Virus record (IMG/VR): IMGVR_UViG_3300034691_000040
Span: 1-64,000 of that record
Length of the DNA stretch: 64,000 nucleotides
Source: a virus
Direction: 5' to 3' (one strand)
A model generated the notes under the pieces. It worked only from the letters and a program-made list of their open reading frames with translations, did not search any database and had not been told where the DNA came from. This document shows positions 8,776 through 16,708 of the stretch, in pieces. Numbering within the stretch: the stretch's first letter is position 1; the number at the start of each line of letters is the position of its first letter. Made by a program: the position numbers and the translations under genes.

Positions 8776-9582
8776 ATGGATAAGAAGGATGAAGTTAAAA
8801 GACTGCTGGGTCTTGCGGTCAGAGATAAAGACTTAGGTCCGATGGTCCTCAAGAAGAATTTGAATGATTTGGTTTTGATTGAGCATGATGGGAAGAGTGT
8901 TGGTTTCGCTATCCCTCGTTTTGAAAAAGATGGTCATTGGCGTACAGGTCCTATCTTTATTGAACCTGGGTATCGTAAGAAAGGTATTGCCTCAGCATGG
9001 ATCACTGAGTTCTTTAAAGGTAAAAAAGGAAGAGCTTGGATCGAACCCCATAACCATGCCAGTCAAGGCGCGTTCTCGAAAGCTGGGTTTCATAAAACTA
9101 GTAAGGAGCTTAATACTTCCGGTGAGCATTTTCTTGAATACTCAGTTGAGTCATCAGCTACATCTGCCGAACACAGATTGATCGACTTAGCGCTCAAAGA
9201 TCCACGCTTGGGTCCTGCTGCGGTAACCACAGATCCTGATCAACTGGTCTGGGTGTATGATGACAACAAAAAGAAGGTGGGTTTCTTCACACCTAAGCAA
9301 GAACCAGATGGCCGGTACAGAACCGGTACCATCTTTATCGAACCTTCAGAACGCGGGAAAGGCTACGGCTCGAACGCTGTGAATTCGTTCTTTAATGGCG
9401 CTACCACACCGGGTCGTGCTTGGATCGAACCTAGCAATATCCCGAGTCAAACCATCTTTAAAAAGGCAGGGTTTTATAAGTCAGGTCGTCACACAATGTC
9501 GAAGACAACACCCAGACTGTTTGAAGAATGGATTAACAAACCAGAACCTCCATTAGTATCCCGACCAGTGCTTGGTTGGTAA
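8776..9582 (+). CDS. Tandem (two-domain) GNAT acetyltransferase
   Basis: Two homologous halves, each with IFIEP..R.KG (acetyl-CoA motif A) and RAWIEP.N..SQ..F.KAGF; GGAG RBS supports ATG 8776. Confidence 0.85.
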   Translation: MDKKDEVKRLLGLAVRDKDLGPMVLKKNLNDLVLIEHDGKSVGFAIPRFEKDGHWRTGPIFIEPGYRKKGIASAWITEFFKGKKGRAWIEPHNHASQGAFSKAGFHKTSKELNTSGEHFLEYSVESSATSAEHRLIDLALKDPRLGPAAVTTDPDQLVWVYDDNKKKVGFFTPKQEPDGRYRTGTIFIEPSERGKGYGSNAVNSFFNGATTPGRAWIEPSNIPSQTIFKKAGFYKSGRHTMSKTTPRLFEEWINKPEPPLVSRPVLGW

Positions 9583-9599
9583 AAAGATACATTATATGG

Positions 9600-9840
9600 G
9601 TAATGAATACAACCTGTTCATCTTGCTCGCTGGACAGGTTACTTGTGGTCGGGACGTTCCCTTCGACCTGGGTCATTGTCGTTCCTGGTCGTGTGACAGT
9701 GACTGCTGAGTATCACTTAGCCTATAAATCACTTAGTGTGGGAACGGAGTGCTTTATAGAGTGTGTGGTGCGTTGTGGTGCTGAAGGTGGGTTGGGGGAG
9801 TGAAAACATATCGGCAGGGCGCAAGCCCTGCCTTTATGCC
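9600..9840 (+). ncRNA. Candidate structured non-coding RNA A
   Basis: Five consecutive hairpins, a GU-rich tail and a terminator hairpin; TACATTAT upstream; strand inferred. Confidence 0.5.
9813..9840 (+). terminator. Terminator-like hairpin (TATG family)
   Basis: GGCAGGGC-GCAA-GCCCTGCC-TTTATGCC. Confidence 0.7.
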
Positions 9841-9853
9841 GTCTGTATTCGAT

Positions 9854-9880
9854 TTAACTTTTTTATAGTCACACATCACG
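9854..9880 (+). promoter_or_regulatory. Putative early promoter (27-nt motif)
   Basis: TTAACTTTTTTATAGTCACACATCACG, 26/27 identical to 26721-26747; both head + strand accessory operons. Confidence 0.75.
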
Positions 9881-9920
9881 ATCGTACTAAACCTATACCC
9901 CTACCCTAAAAGGATTTATC

Positions 9921-10295
9921 ATGTTTAACAAAAACGTTTTGACGCTGGTTGGATTAGGTGTCGCTGGTGCGATTATTGGCGGTCTGATCGGTCGCCATCT
10001 CGGCAAAACCATCGGTATGCTGCAAAAGGATATCAGCCTTCTAGACCGTCGTATCATCGAGCTTGAAGTCAAAGCCCTGGGTTCGCCGCCAATGGAAACC
10101 GTTAAGCAGCGAGAAGCATACGCTGCTATTGTCGTCCAGCTTCTTTCCGATAGGGTCCGTCAGTACCAAAGGGTTTTGCCAACTGGCGGTAACGAGAAGA
10201 TCCACACTCTGCGCACGCAGTTTATTGACGGTGAAATTACCACCGACGCATTTACAAACGGCCTTCTGTTTGACATTTACAGCAGCGCAAAATAA
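9921..10295 (+). CDS. Hypothetical protein with N-terminal transmembrane/Gly-zipper segment
   Basis: VLTLVGLGVAGAIIGGLIG hydrophobic segment followed by a coiled-coil. Confidence 0.7.
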   Translation: MFNKNVLTLVGLGVAGAIIGGLIGRHLGKTIGMLQKDISLLDRRIIELEVKALGSPPMETVKQREAYAAIVVQLLSDRVRQYQRVLPTGGNEKIHTLRTQFIDGEITTDAFTNGLLFDIYSSAK

Positions 10296-10312
10296 CGCAC
10301 GTATTTAACCCT

Positions 10313-10326
10313 GTTCTTTGGAGAAC
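10313..10326 (+). promoter_or_regulatory. SD-occluding hairpin
   Basis: GTTCT-TTGG-AGAAC, 4 nt before ATG 10331. Confidence 0.7.
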
Positions 10327-10330
10327 TCAC

Positions 10331-10672
10331 ATGCAATTCATCGATCTGATCCTGGTAACTGCTTACGTTGGTCTGGTGCTTTCTATCCAGACTAAAAGTT
10401 TCATCAAGCTTTATAACTCCGCTGATGGCGGTTTTATTCAGCGTTACAGCTGCGCTGTTGCATTCATCGTTACTACGCAATACCTACAGTTGAAAAATAA
10501 CGCAAAGCTTCGCCGTGGGTACATGACAGCCTTATACGTAGTGCCCTGCGCGCTCTGGCTGTTAGACCTGCACTATTGCCTGATCGCAAACGTGGTCTTC
10601 ATCGCTCAGGGTGTTCTCTACACCTATTTGGGCAAAGTGCTGTTTTACAAATTCACAAGCATCGCAGCTTAA
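10331..10672 (+). CDS. Small multi-pass membrane protein
   Basis: 113 aa with 3-4 hydrophobic segments. Confidence 0.7.
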   Translation: MQFIDLILVTAYVGLVLSIQTKSFIKLYNSADGGFIQRYSCAVAFIVTTQYLQLKNNAKLRRGYMTALYVVPCALWLLDLHYCLIANVVFIAQGVLYTYLGKVLFYKFTSIAA

Positions 10673-10684
10673 GGAACCAATGCC

Positions 10685-11017
10685 ATGTCTTCAGAAGCTA
10701 TCATCCGTGGTGTGTCGATTGTAGTCTGCGTTGCAGCTGCAGCATACACCTCTTACAAAATTGGTTCCTGGTTCGCTACTACTCGGCGTAAAGTTCACTA
10801 CGTCGAGGAGATCACCGTTGGGTTGATGCGACTCAAGTCGGGCGAGCCAGTCGGGGATGTAGAATCCCTCAAATTGCTGAGCTCGGACCTGGAGCAAATC
10901 ACTGAACAGTTGCAGAAGGTTGCCGAGAATTTCAGCTCTGTAACCGAAGAACAACTAATGCGTACAGTTGTACGTATCAGCAATCTGCATCTGGAATACA
11001 AGATCCCAAAAGAGTAA
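10685..11017 (+). CDS. Hypothetical protein with N-terminal membrane anchor
   Basis: GVSIVVCVAAAAY hydrophobic segment, then helical domain. Confidence 0.7.
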   Translation: MSSEAIIRGVSIVVCVAAAAYTSYKIGSWFATTRRKVHYVEEITVGLMRLKSGEPVGDVESLKLLSSDLEQITEQLQKVAENFSSVTEEQLMRTVVRISNLHLEYKIPKE

Positions 11018-11026
11018 CAGCATAAG

Positions 11027-11070
11027 CACCTACTGCGAGAGAGTCTCGCAGTAGGTGTCTCCTTTTTATT
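11027..11070 (+). terminator. Intrinsic terminator
   Basis: 14-bp stem CACCTACTGCGAGA / TCTCGCAGTAGGTG preceded by CATA and followed by T-runs. Confidence 0.8.
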
Positions 11071-11114
11071 TTCTACAAAAACGGATGTTCCTATAACTTT
11101 CGGAGCACGACAAC

Positions 11115-11894
11115 ATGAAATACTTACATCAAGATGATGCTAAACACCTAGAAATCATGGAGGGGTTTGCTAAAGGCCCCCTCACGATCGCTGAGCTGCT
11201 GATCAAGCGTGTCATTGCATTCTTCCATGGGTACGAGTACACTTCCGATAGCAGTGTCCATGCGGCCTGCTTGCAGGAAGAACTCCAGCTGCGTCAAGAG
11301 ATTGCAGACAGTGACCAGATCAATGCTGAAGTAAAAGCATTGGCGCTAAAGGCACTGAAAGACCATTTAGAATTTCCAGGTGGTCCGCTCGATCAACTGA
11401 AGTCTCGTTACCCTCGTGTGCAGCATGAAGGCATGGTGAAGTCAGGATTTGCGACACTGCTTCACAAACATGGTGATGCGTACATGGAACAAGTGATCGA
11501 ATACTTGCGTGATTTGGATGCTCTGATTAAAGAGCTTCCAGCCAATCAGGTCCCAGGTTACTTTGTCCATACGCCATCTACTCCTCATTGGAAGCAGATG
11601 CGCGAATATGCATTGTCCGATACCCCACCAACTAACCCTGTCTCATTCTTTGGGTGCATCCTCTCAGATGAGCTACAGGCTAAAGTAACGTCGTTCTTTG
11701 AGCGTAGCATCATCAGCGCCGAAGCGTGGCGTACAACGGTCTGTGAGAACGACCTGACCAGTGCTGCATCGGTAGGGGTAAGCTTCAAGATCGAATATGT
11801 GGCTGATGTACTCGCTCCTTCTAAGAACGAACCTGGATCTGCAACCTGGATCAATGTGAGTACTGAAGGTCGGCATTACAGCTTCTACGTTTGA
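11115..11894 (+). CDS. Hypothetical protein
   Basis: 259-aa ORF with GGAG RBS, flanked by terminators. Confidence 0.8.
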   Translation: MKYLHQDDAKHLEIMEGFAKGPLTIAELLIKRVIAFFHGYEYTSDSSVHAACLQEELQLRQEIADSDQINAEVKALALKALKDHLEFPGGPLDQLKSRYPRVQHEGMVKSGFATLLHKHGDAYMEQVIEYLRDLDALIKELPANQVPGYFVHTPSTPHWKQMREYALSDTPPTNPVSFFGCILSDELQAKVTSFFERSIISAEAWRTTVCENDLTSAASVGVSFKIEYVADVLAPSKNEPGSATWINVSTEGRHYSFYV

Positions 11895-12211
11895 CCACAC
11901 CCACGGTTCGCCGTGGGTGACCTCTACGCATCTCTTTTTTTTGTAGTGGCTAATTAATACTACTATGTATTACGAGTTCTTTTACAACCTAAAACTTTAA
12001 GCTAATCTTCACAGTAAGTCGTTTGTGCGACAGCTCCCTGTTGAAAGGCACTCTTACAGACCTCAGTCTGACTTAGGCTTTGTTCCTCGAACATAGTCGG
12101 CTTTCCAAACGATGCAATATACAACGTAAAGCATTCAAAGGACTCTTTGTGCTGACAACGCTTTCAATTGGTGCGCGCGTTTGGTCTGACCTAACACCCT
12201 TACAGGCAATT

Positions 12212-12237
12212 GGCTGACTTCGGTCAGCCTTTATGCT
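12212..12237 (+). terminator. Terminator-like hairpin (TATG family)
   Basis: GGCTGAC-TTCG-GTCAGCC-TTTATGC. Confidence 0.7.
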
Positions 12238-12257
12238 GCATTCTGTAATAGGTTGAT

Positions 12258-12287
12258 TTGTAAGAAGTTACTTCCCGTATCTATAAT
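12258..12287 (+). promoter_or_regulatory. Sigma70-like promoter
   Basis: TTGTAA-N18-TATAAT upstream of an ORF-free structured segment. Confidence 0.45.
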
Positions 12288-12293
12288 CTGAAT

Positions 12294-12515
12294 AGAAATT
12301 TCTCTCCAGGGCAGTTGTAGAGAATCTTCGGTTACCTAATCCTGTAACACCGAAGCGGGTATAGGTGAGATAAGCGTTCGGGCGTACGCTGGTTTCTAAA
12401 GGATAGTTTGACGCTTAGCGTTTAACCGTCAGCCACTTATGGGCGTAAGTGGCTGGTGGATGTGCGTTGGGGGTGGTGTAGAAAACAAGCACCCTTCACG
12501 GGGTGCTTTTTATGC
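12294..12515 (+). ncRNA. Candidate structured non-coding RNA B
   Basis: Several hairpins including CAGCCACTTA/TAAGTGGCTG, a GU-rich tail and a terminator at 12487-12515; no ORF of note. Confidence 0.5.
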
Positions 12516-12528
12516 CGTAATGAGATGG

Positions 12529-12532
12529 TATG
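12529..12532 (+). promoter_or_regulatory. Possible late promoter core (TATG)
   Basis: GGTATG context also at 359-362; TATG also at 34415 upstream of the capsid gene; TATG is the remembered phiKZ late-promoter core. The motif is short, so weak on its own. Confidence 0.35.
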
Positions 12533-12577
12533 TAGTCGCAGTGACTATATCCTACTTCTTAAGAAGGTATATGTATC

Positions 12578-13102
12578 ATGGCAAAGGTAAACCTCACACT
12601 CAGCGCCTCCGCTAACGTCCTGGCCCTGATCAATGCCGCCAACCCAGCGCTGAACGCAACCGATACCCAAGTTACTCTGGGTACTCCTTCGGTTGCTGCC
12701 GGTACTGGCGGCCGTAACACCAGCCTCATCGTTACCGCCGTCTCCAACCAAGGCTTCAGCGGCGAGCAGATCTTTGCTTACACCCGTCAAGCCCTGGCTT
12801 CCGGCGCCGCAATCGCCACTGCAAAAGCAGTGCCGTTCGCCATCGCTCCAGGCGACACCAACGCTCAGATTCTGACCAAAGCAGCCACCGCTCTGGGTCT
12901 GCTGGAATCGGAACTGACCCTCGCCAACATCGTTCAGCCTGTGAACGAAACCACCCCAGGTTCGGCCGATGTCGTGGCCAACGTGGCTAGCCTGCTGTAC
13001 ACCGGCACCTACGCCGCCACCCTGACCGTACCGGATGCAGACGTCCCTTTGGATGAAGCTGCGACCGTGACCGATCTGAGCGGTTTCGACGCAGAGGCCT
13101 AA
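12578..13102 (+). CDS. Tail-fibre/decoration family paralog (short class)
   Basis: FAYTRQAL core and C-terminal PLDEAATVTDLSGFD motif; strongly C-ending codons like the capsid gene. Confidence 0.75.
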   Translation: MAKVNLTLSASANVLALINAANPALNATDTQVTLGTPSVAAGTGGRNTSLIVTAVSNQGFSGEQIFAYTRQALASGAAIATAKAVPFAIAPGDTNAQILTKAATALGLLESELTLANIVQPVNETTPGSADVVANVASLLYTGTYAATLTVPDADVPLDEAATVTDLSGFDAEA

Positions 13103-13110
13103 GGGCTAAA

Positions 13111-13140
13111 CATATAGCCGGGAGCAATCCCGGCTATATG
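13111..13140. terminator. Hairpin (CATA...TATG family)
   Basis: Perfect 13-bp stem CATATAGCCGGGA-GCAA-TCCCGGCTATATG. Confidence 0.8.
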
Positions 13141-13215
13141 CCGCAAAGATGAAAGTGACAGTTTACATTTGACGCTTATTAGATAATACCACCCCAACCG
13201 CCCTGGAGTATTATC

Positions 13216-13839
13216 ATGTCTAAGATTGAGCTCATCAATATCCCTTACACACCAAGCCCTTTGGTTGTTAAGGTTACTCATGTACCAGAAGAGTTGAAAG
13301 ACCGTCCAGATCTGGAACATGCGTTTAAATACATTGTCGAGAAACTCGCCGTAGATGTTGGCGATACCTGGATGCCGACGGCGCTTCAAACCTATGGCGT
13401 ACCGGTGGCCGATAAATCAGGTGTTGATATGGCATTCTATTGCCTGCCAGAACCCGAAACCAAAACGATCAACGTCGTCGTTGCCGAAGTCAAAAACAAA
13501 CGTATTTCACGCACATTAAAAGAAATCTGTAAGCTCTGCTTTAAAGAAAAGCCAGTGCCGATAGCTAACATTAATCAGGTAGGCGTTGGGTTTGATCTTC
13601 TGATCTATGAACTGGATGAAGCAGGTCTAGAAGTGATCGATGCCTGGAAGCTGATTAACTTCACGATTCCTTATGGGTTGGATATTCCTTTGTCCTTTTC
13701 AAAGGACCGTAGTGTCCCAACATCTGAACATCGTCCGCTTTATAGCTTCCCGCTTGAAGGTCTGTTCTTCTCGCATGATGCCGTGCTTGATGAAGCTACT
13801 GACCTCCACCGTCTTGAATCACAAACCAAGGCAGGGTAA
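13216..13839 (+). CDS. Hypothetical protein
   Basis: 207-aa ORF with GGAG RBS. Confidence 0.8.
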   Translation: MSKIELINIPYTPSPLVVKVTHVPEELKDRPDLEHAFKYIVEKLAVDVGDTWMPTALQTYGVPVADKSGVDMAFYCLPEPETKTINVVVAEVKNKRISRTLKEICKLCFKEKPVPIANINQVGVGFDLLIYELDEAGLEVIDAWKLINFTIPYGLDIPLSFSKDRSVPTSEHRPLYSFPLEGLFFSHDAVLDEATDLHRLESQTKAG

Positions 13840-13842
13840 CCC

Positions 13843-14355
13843 ATGGAAAACAAATACTACCTGACGCTCATTGGTACGGACTGTTCTGACGATGTGTTTC
13901 CGGGGTTCCGGCCTGATTTCAAATGGACAAAAGCGATAGCTGGGCTCTTGGAATCTAGCTCGGCTATCAGCATTGTCGGTAAGGGGGTTCCTACTAAAGA
14001 ACCTCATGACGGACCTGATCTCCCCAATAGTCTAAAGCTGACCTTTGACGAAGATGTTCAAAAGAATGCAAACCTGTTTAAACTGCTCATGCAGGTTGAG
14101 CGAAGGTTTACCATGTCTATTCTTTTGACACCAGTGACCGGAGTTACTACTGAAGACCCAGCGATCTTTTTGAATACGGCCATAATGGGCGATTACGTGA
14201 CCGCTGATGTTGACAAACCTGAACAGGGTATCCTTGATATCTCGTTTGTTGAAGCCAGTACGTCATACACCGTTCAGCAGTTCGCCACACATGTAGCGAT
14301 TGCTAAAAACACGTCACCGGCTGTAGCCGTCATTCACGGCAAACCAGAGCAATAA
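13843..14355 (+). CDS. Hypothetical protein
   Basis: 170-aa ORF 3 nt after the upstream stop. Confidence 0.8.
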   Translation: MENKYYLTLIGTDCSDDVFPGFRPDFKWTKAIAGLLESSSAISIVGKGVPTKEPHDGPDLPNSLKLTFDEDVQKNANLFKLLMQVERRFTMSILLTPVTGVTTEDPAIFLNTAIMGDYVTADVDKPEQGILDISFVEASTSYTVQQFATHVAIAKNTSPAVAVIHGKPEQ

Positions 14356-14358
14356 CGG

Positions 14359-14391
14359 CATAGACCCCGGTCCTTGCGACCGGGGTCTATG
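14359..14391. terminator. Bidirectional hairpin (CATA...TATG family)
   Basis: Perfect 14-bp stem CATAGACCCCGGTC / GACCGGGGTCTATG between convergent genes. Confidence 0.8.
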
Positions 14392-14396
14392 TTACA

Positions 14397-14951
14397 TCAT
14401 GAAGGATCGAAGCCGTCAAGATTGGTTTCTGAGGCCAGATCTGCAAGGGATGGAGTCGATCCAGAGGCGTTAAGAGTCACCTGCGAGCCTGGATTATAAT
14501 ACGCCGATGTCGACACAGCTGTCAGAGTAATCTGACCACCTGCTGTACCGATCGTTGTATTGGCCACATCCTTTTGTTCCAGTGCGATACCAAACTTGGT
14601 ATTGATCGCCGATAGCGCTGCGTATACGTTTGCATACGTGCCTGTCAATGTCATCTCTTTCCCTGTAAAAGCAGAAGCGAGATCGGTCCGGTTATACCGA
14701 AAGGTATATGTTCCCTTATACCCTTTACCTACCACAGATGTCAGTAGGACGCTACTGTTAAACAGCAAGTCCCCTACGCTAACCGCGGGGTCGGCAATGG
14801 TGATTTGGGCACTTGTTATCGTAGTGCCCTGCTCACGGTTGATGGCCGCGAGTAATCCAACAGAACCTGCCACCGAGAAAGGCGGTAAGTTAGCAATGGA
14901 GTACAATGCGAACGCATCAAGCGAGCGTAAAACGAATTGTGGGTTAGCCAT
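14397..14951 (-). CDS. Tail-fibre family paralog (short class)
   Basis: LLAAINRE N-terminus, FRYNRTDL core, PSLADLASETNLDGFD end. Confidence 0.75.
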   Translation of the reverse strand: MANPQFVLRSLDAFALYSIANLPPFSVAGSVGLLAAINREQGTTITSAQITIADPAVSVGDLLFNSSVLLTSVVGKGYKGTYTFRYNRTDLASAFTGKEMTLTGTYANVYAALSAINTKFGIALEQKDVANTTIGTAGGQITLTAVSTSAYYNPGSQVTLNASGSTPSLADLASETNLDGFDPS

Positions 14952-14954
14952 GCA

Positions 14955-16052
14955 TTACACCTTCGGCTTAACTTTGATGGTGAGTCCGGCAATAGCAGGC
15001 TGAGTCCACGCCAAACCTGCTGGCGTTTTCGTCAGCGAGAGCATCCGGTCGTACCATGTCTGAGCTGCCACCATTGTGGTATCGACATCCGCCGATTCCG
15101 TTCCGCCCACGGTGGCACTGATCCCTAAGTGTCCAGTGGTAGCCCCTGTAACCGCCGACCGCCCCTTAACCAACACACCCAGGATCTTCGTATTAAGTGG
15201 AATGACGCTGGCATCATAAGTGATCGAGCCCGCTGTCATTGCCGCATCCGTAGTTGCCGTAGGGGTAGCGAGCGGCGATGTCGGGTTGGCGTACCCTTTT
15301 TTGAATACAGACGAAACGTCGCCAGTACTCGGTGTCCATACCGTAGCCGCAACTGCCGCCACCGGCACCTTCACCACAGTCTGAGAACCCAAGAACTGAG
15401 CTACCTCACCCGATTCCCATTCGACGCAATGAAAATCTCGCCATGAGTAGGTGTGGACCTGTCCTTGCGACGCGCTGTAGTTCGTACCAATACCACCAAA
15501 CGAAAACATTGTCAACAACGCACCTGGCGTCGCACTCACTGCCGTCAGCATCCAAGCCGGCATGGCAATAGCTGGGGCCACCACACCGTCAACTCGGCGA
15601 TTGATCATCCCCGTTGTATAGTTGAGATTGACTTCCAGAAAGTACGATTTATTTGCCGCATATGCAGGTAAATTGGCGGTTGATATCACCGCGACCAAGT
15701 TGGCTTGGTCAGTGTCTGAACACATGCCCAATATAGTGGTGCCAGTAAACACTGTACCAAACTTCATTCGAAGACCTATGTAAATATTAGAACTGGCGGA
15801 TAAATCCCGAACCATGTCTTTAACATTCACGTTTGCCTTAAACCGAAAGCTGCCGTAGTTCACGGTACCGACGTTCAGACTACACAACATCCAACCGTCT
15901 GTCTGCAGAGCCCATGTCGTAGTTGCTTCGGTGTTAGATGCGTATATTTGAAACGGGCCATTAGGCAGCAGGTTGTTTAGCGCTGTAACCGTCCCAGCGC
16001 CAGATACACCTGCCGGTGGCATCTCTAACCCATACAAAGCATGAATCTTCAT
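14955..16052 (-). CDS. Lectin/concanavalin-like putative receptor-binding protein (paralog 1)
   Basis: All-beta composition; HALYGLE start, YFLEVNL...RRVDGV, WRDFHCVE...FLGSQTVVKV shared with 16709 and 17679. Confidence 0.6.
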   Translation of the reverse strand: MKIHALYGLEMPPAGVSGAGTVTALNNLLPNGPFQIYASNTEATTTWALQTDGWMLCSLNVGTVNYGSFRFKANVNVKDMVRDLSASSNIYIGLRMKFGTVFTGTTILGMCSDTDQANLVAVISTANLPAYAANKSYFLEVNLNYTTGMINRRVDGVVAPAIAMPAWMLTAVSATPGALLTMFSFGGIGTNYSASQGQVHTYSWRDFHCVEWESGEVAQFLGSQTVVKVPVAAVAATVWTPSTGDVSSVFKKGYANPTSPLATPTATTDAAMTAGSITYDASVIPLNTKILGVLVKGRSAVTGATTGHLGISATVGGTESADVDTTMVAAQTWYDRMLSLTKTPAGLAWTQPAIAGLTIKVKPKV

Positions 16053-16064
16053 GAAGTGGGTTCC

Positions 16065-16697
16065 TTACGTCCAGAGGATCGTGTCAGATTTGAAAGCCGA
16101 AGCCAACGTTGGAGTGAAGCCAACCTGAGTCGTATCTCCGGGTATAAAAAACCGACTCGTAGAAGCTGCCGTGATCGTGACTTCAACCGAACCGGCTGCG
16201 ATGGGTACATCGACGATATCGTCAGTTGTCAATACCATGCCGCTGGCCGTGTTGATTGCCGCGATCAGACCTTGGGTCGAAGTAGCCGATCCGATGACGA
16301 TCGCGGTCAAGTTGGCTGGGATACGCGCCAACGATACGCGACTGTAATAGAAGTACATCGACCCTGATAACGCCGACGTTGCCCCCGCTGTGACATTTAC
16401 GCGGCTATTGTGTAGGATCGTTTCAGAACCAGCATAGCTCTCCGGCGCGCCGAAGGTAAACTGACTGGCTGGTCGAATGCTTTTGCTTTGCGCTAGCACA
16501 AGGTTCGCTAACGCTGTGATGCCATTTACACCTTTTGGAAGTGCGATATCCGACACTAACGCATAGCCCTGAACGTTTCTCAGAGTCAGGATATTTGGTT
16601 CTGGGTAAGTCGCGTAAGCTGTGACGCCACTCACTGCAGCAAGGTTGGGTTCTTTATAGAGCCCGTATGTCGTGATACCAGAAATGGAAGCAGACAT
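16065..16697 (-). CDS. Tail-fibre family paralog with three N-terminal 17-aa repeats
   Basis: Tyr at aa 11, 28, 45 in imperfect repeats; FYYSRVSL core. Confidence 0.75.
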   Translation of the reverse strand: MSASISGITTYGLYKEPNLAAVSGVTAYATYPEPNILTLRNVQGYALVSDIALPKGVNGITALANLVLAQSKSIRPASQFTFGAPESYAGSETILHNSRVNVTAGATSALSGSMYFYYSRVSLARIPANLTAIVIGSATSTQGLIAAINTASGMVLTTDDIVDVPIAAGSVEVTITAASTSRFFIPGDTTQVGFTPTLASAFKSDTILWT

Positions 16698-16708
16698 GCG
16701 TTACCTCC

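Noticed and set aside
9576-9803. 75-aa ORF in candidate ncRNA A
   Set aside because: Starts inside the GNAT gene, lacks an RBS and has atypical composition; the segment is better explained by RNA structure.
11900-12577. Possible tRNA cluster in the largest intergenic gap
   Set aside because: No cloverleaf with a GTTCRA T-loop and acceptor stem found by eye; tRNAscan-SE/ARAGORN would settle it.
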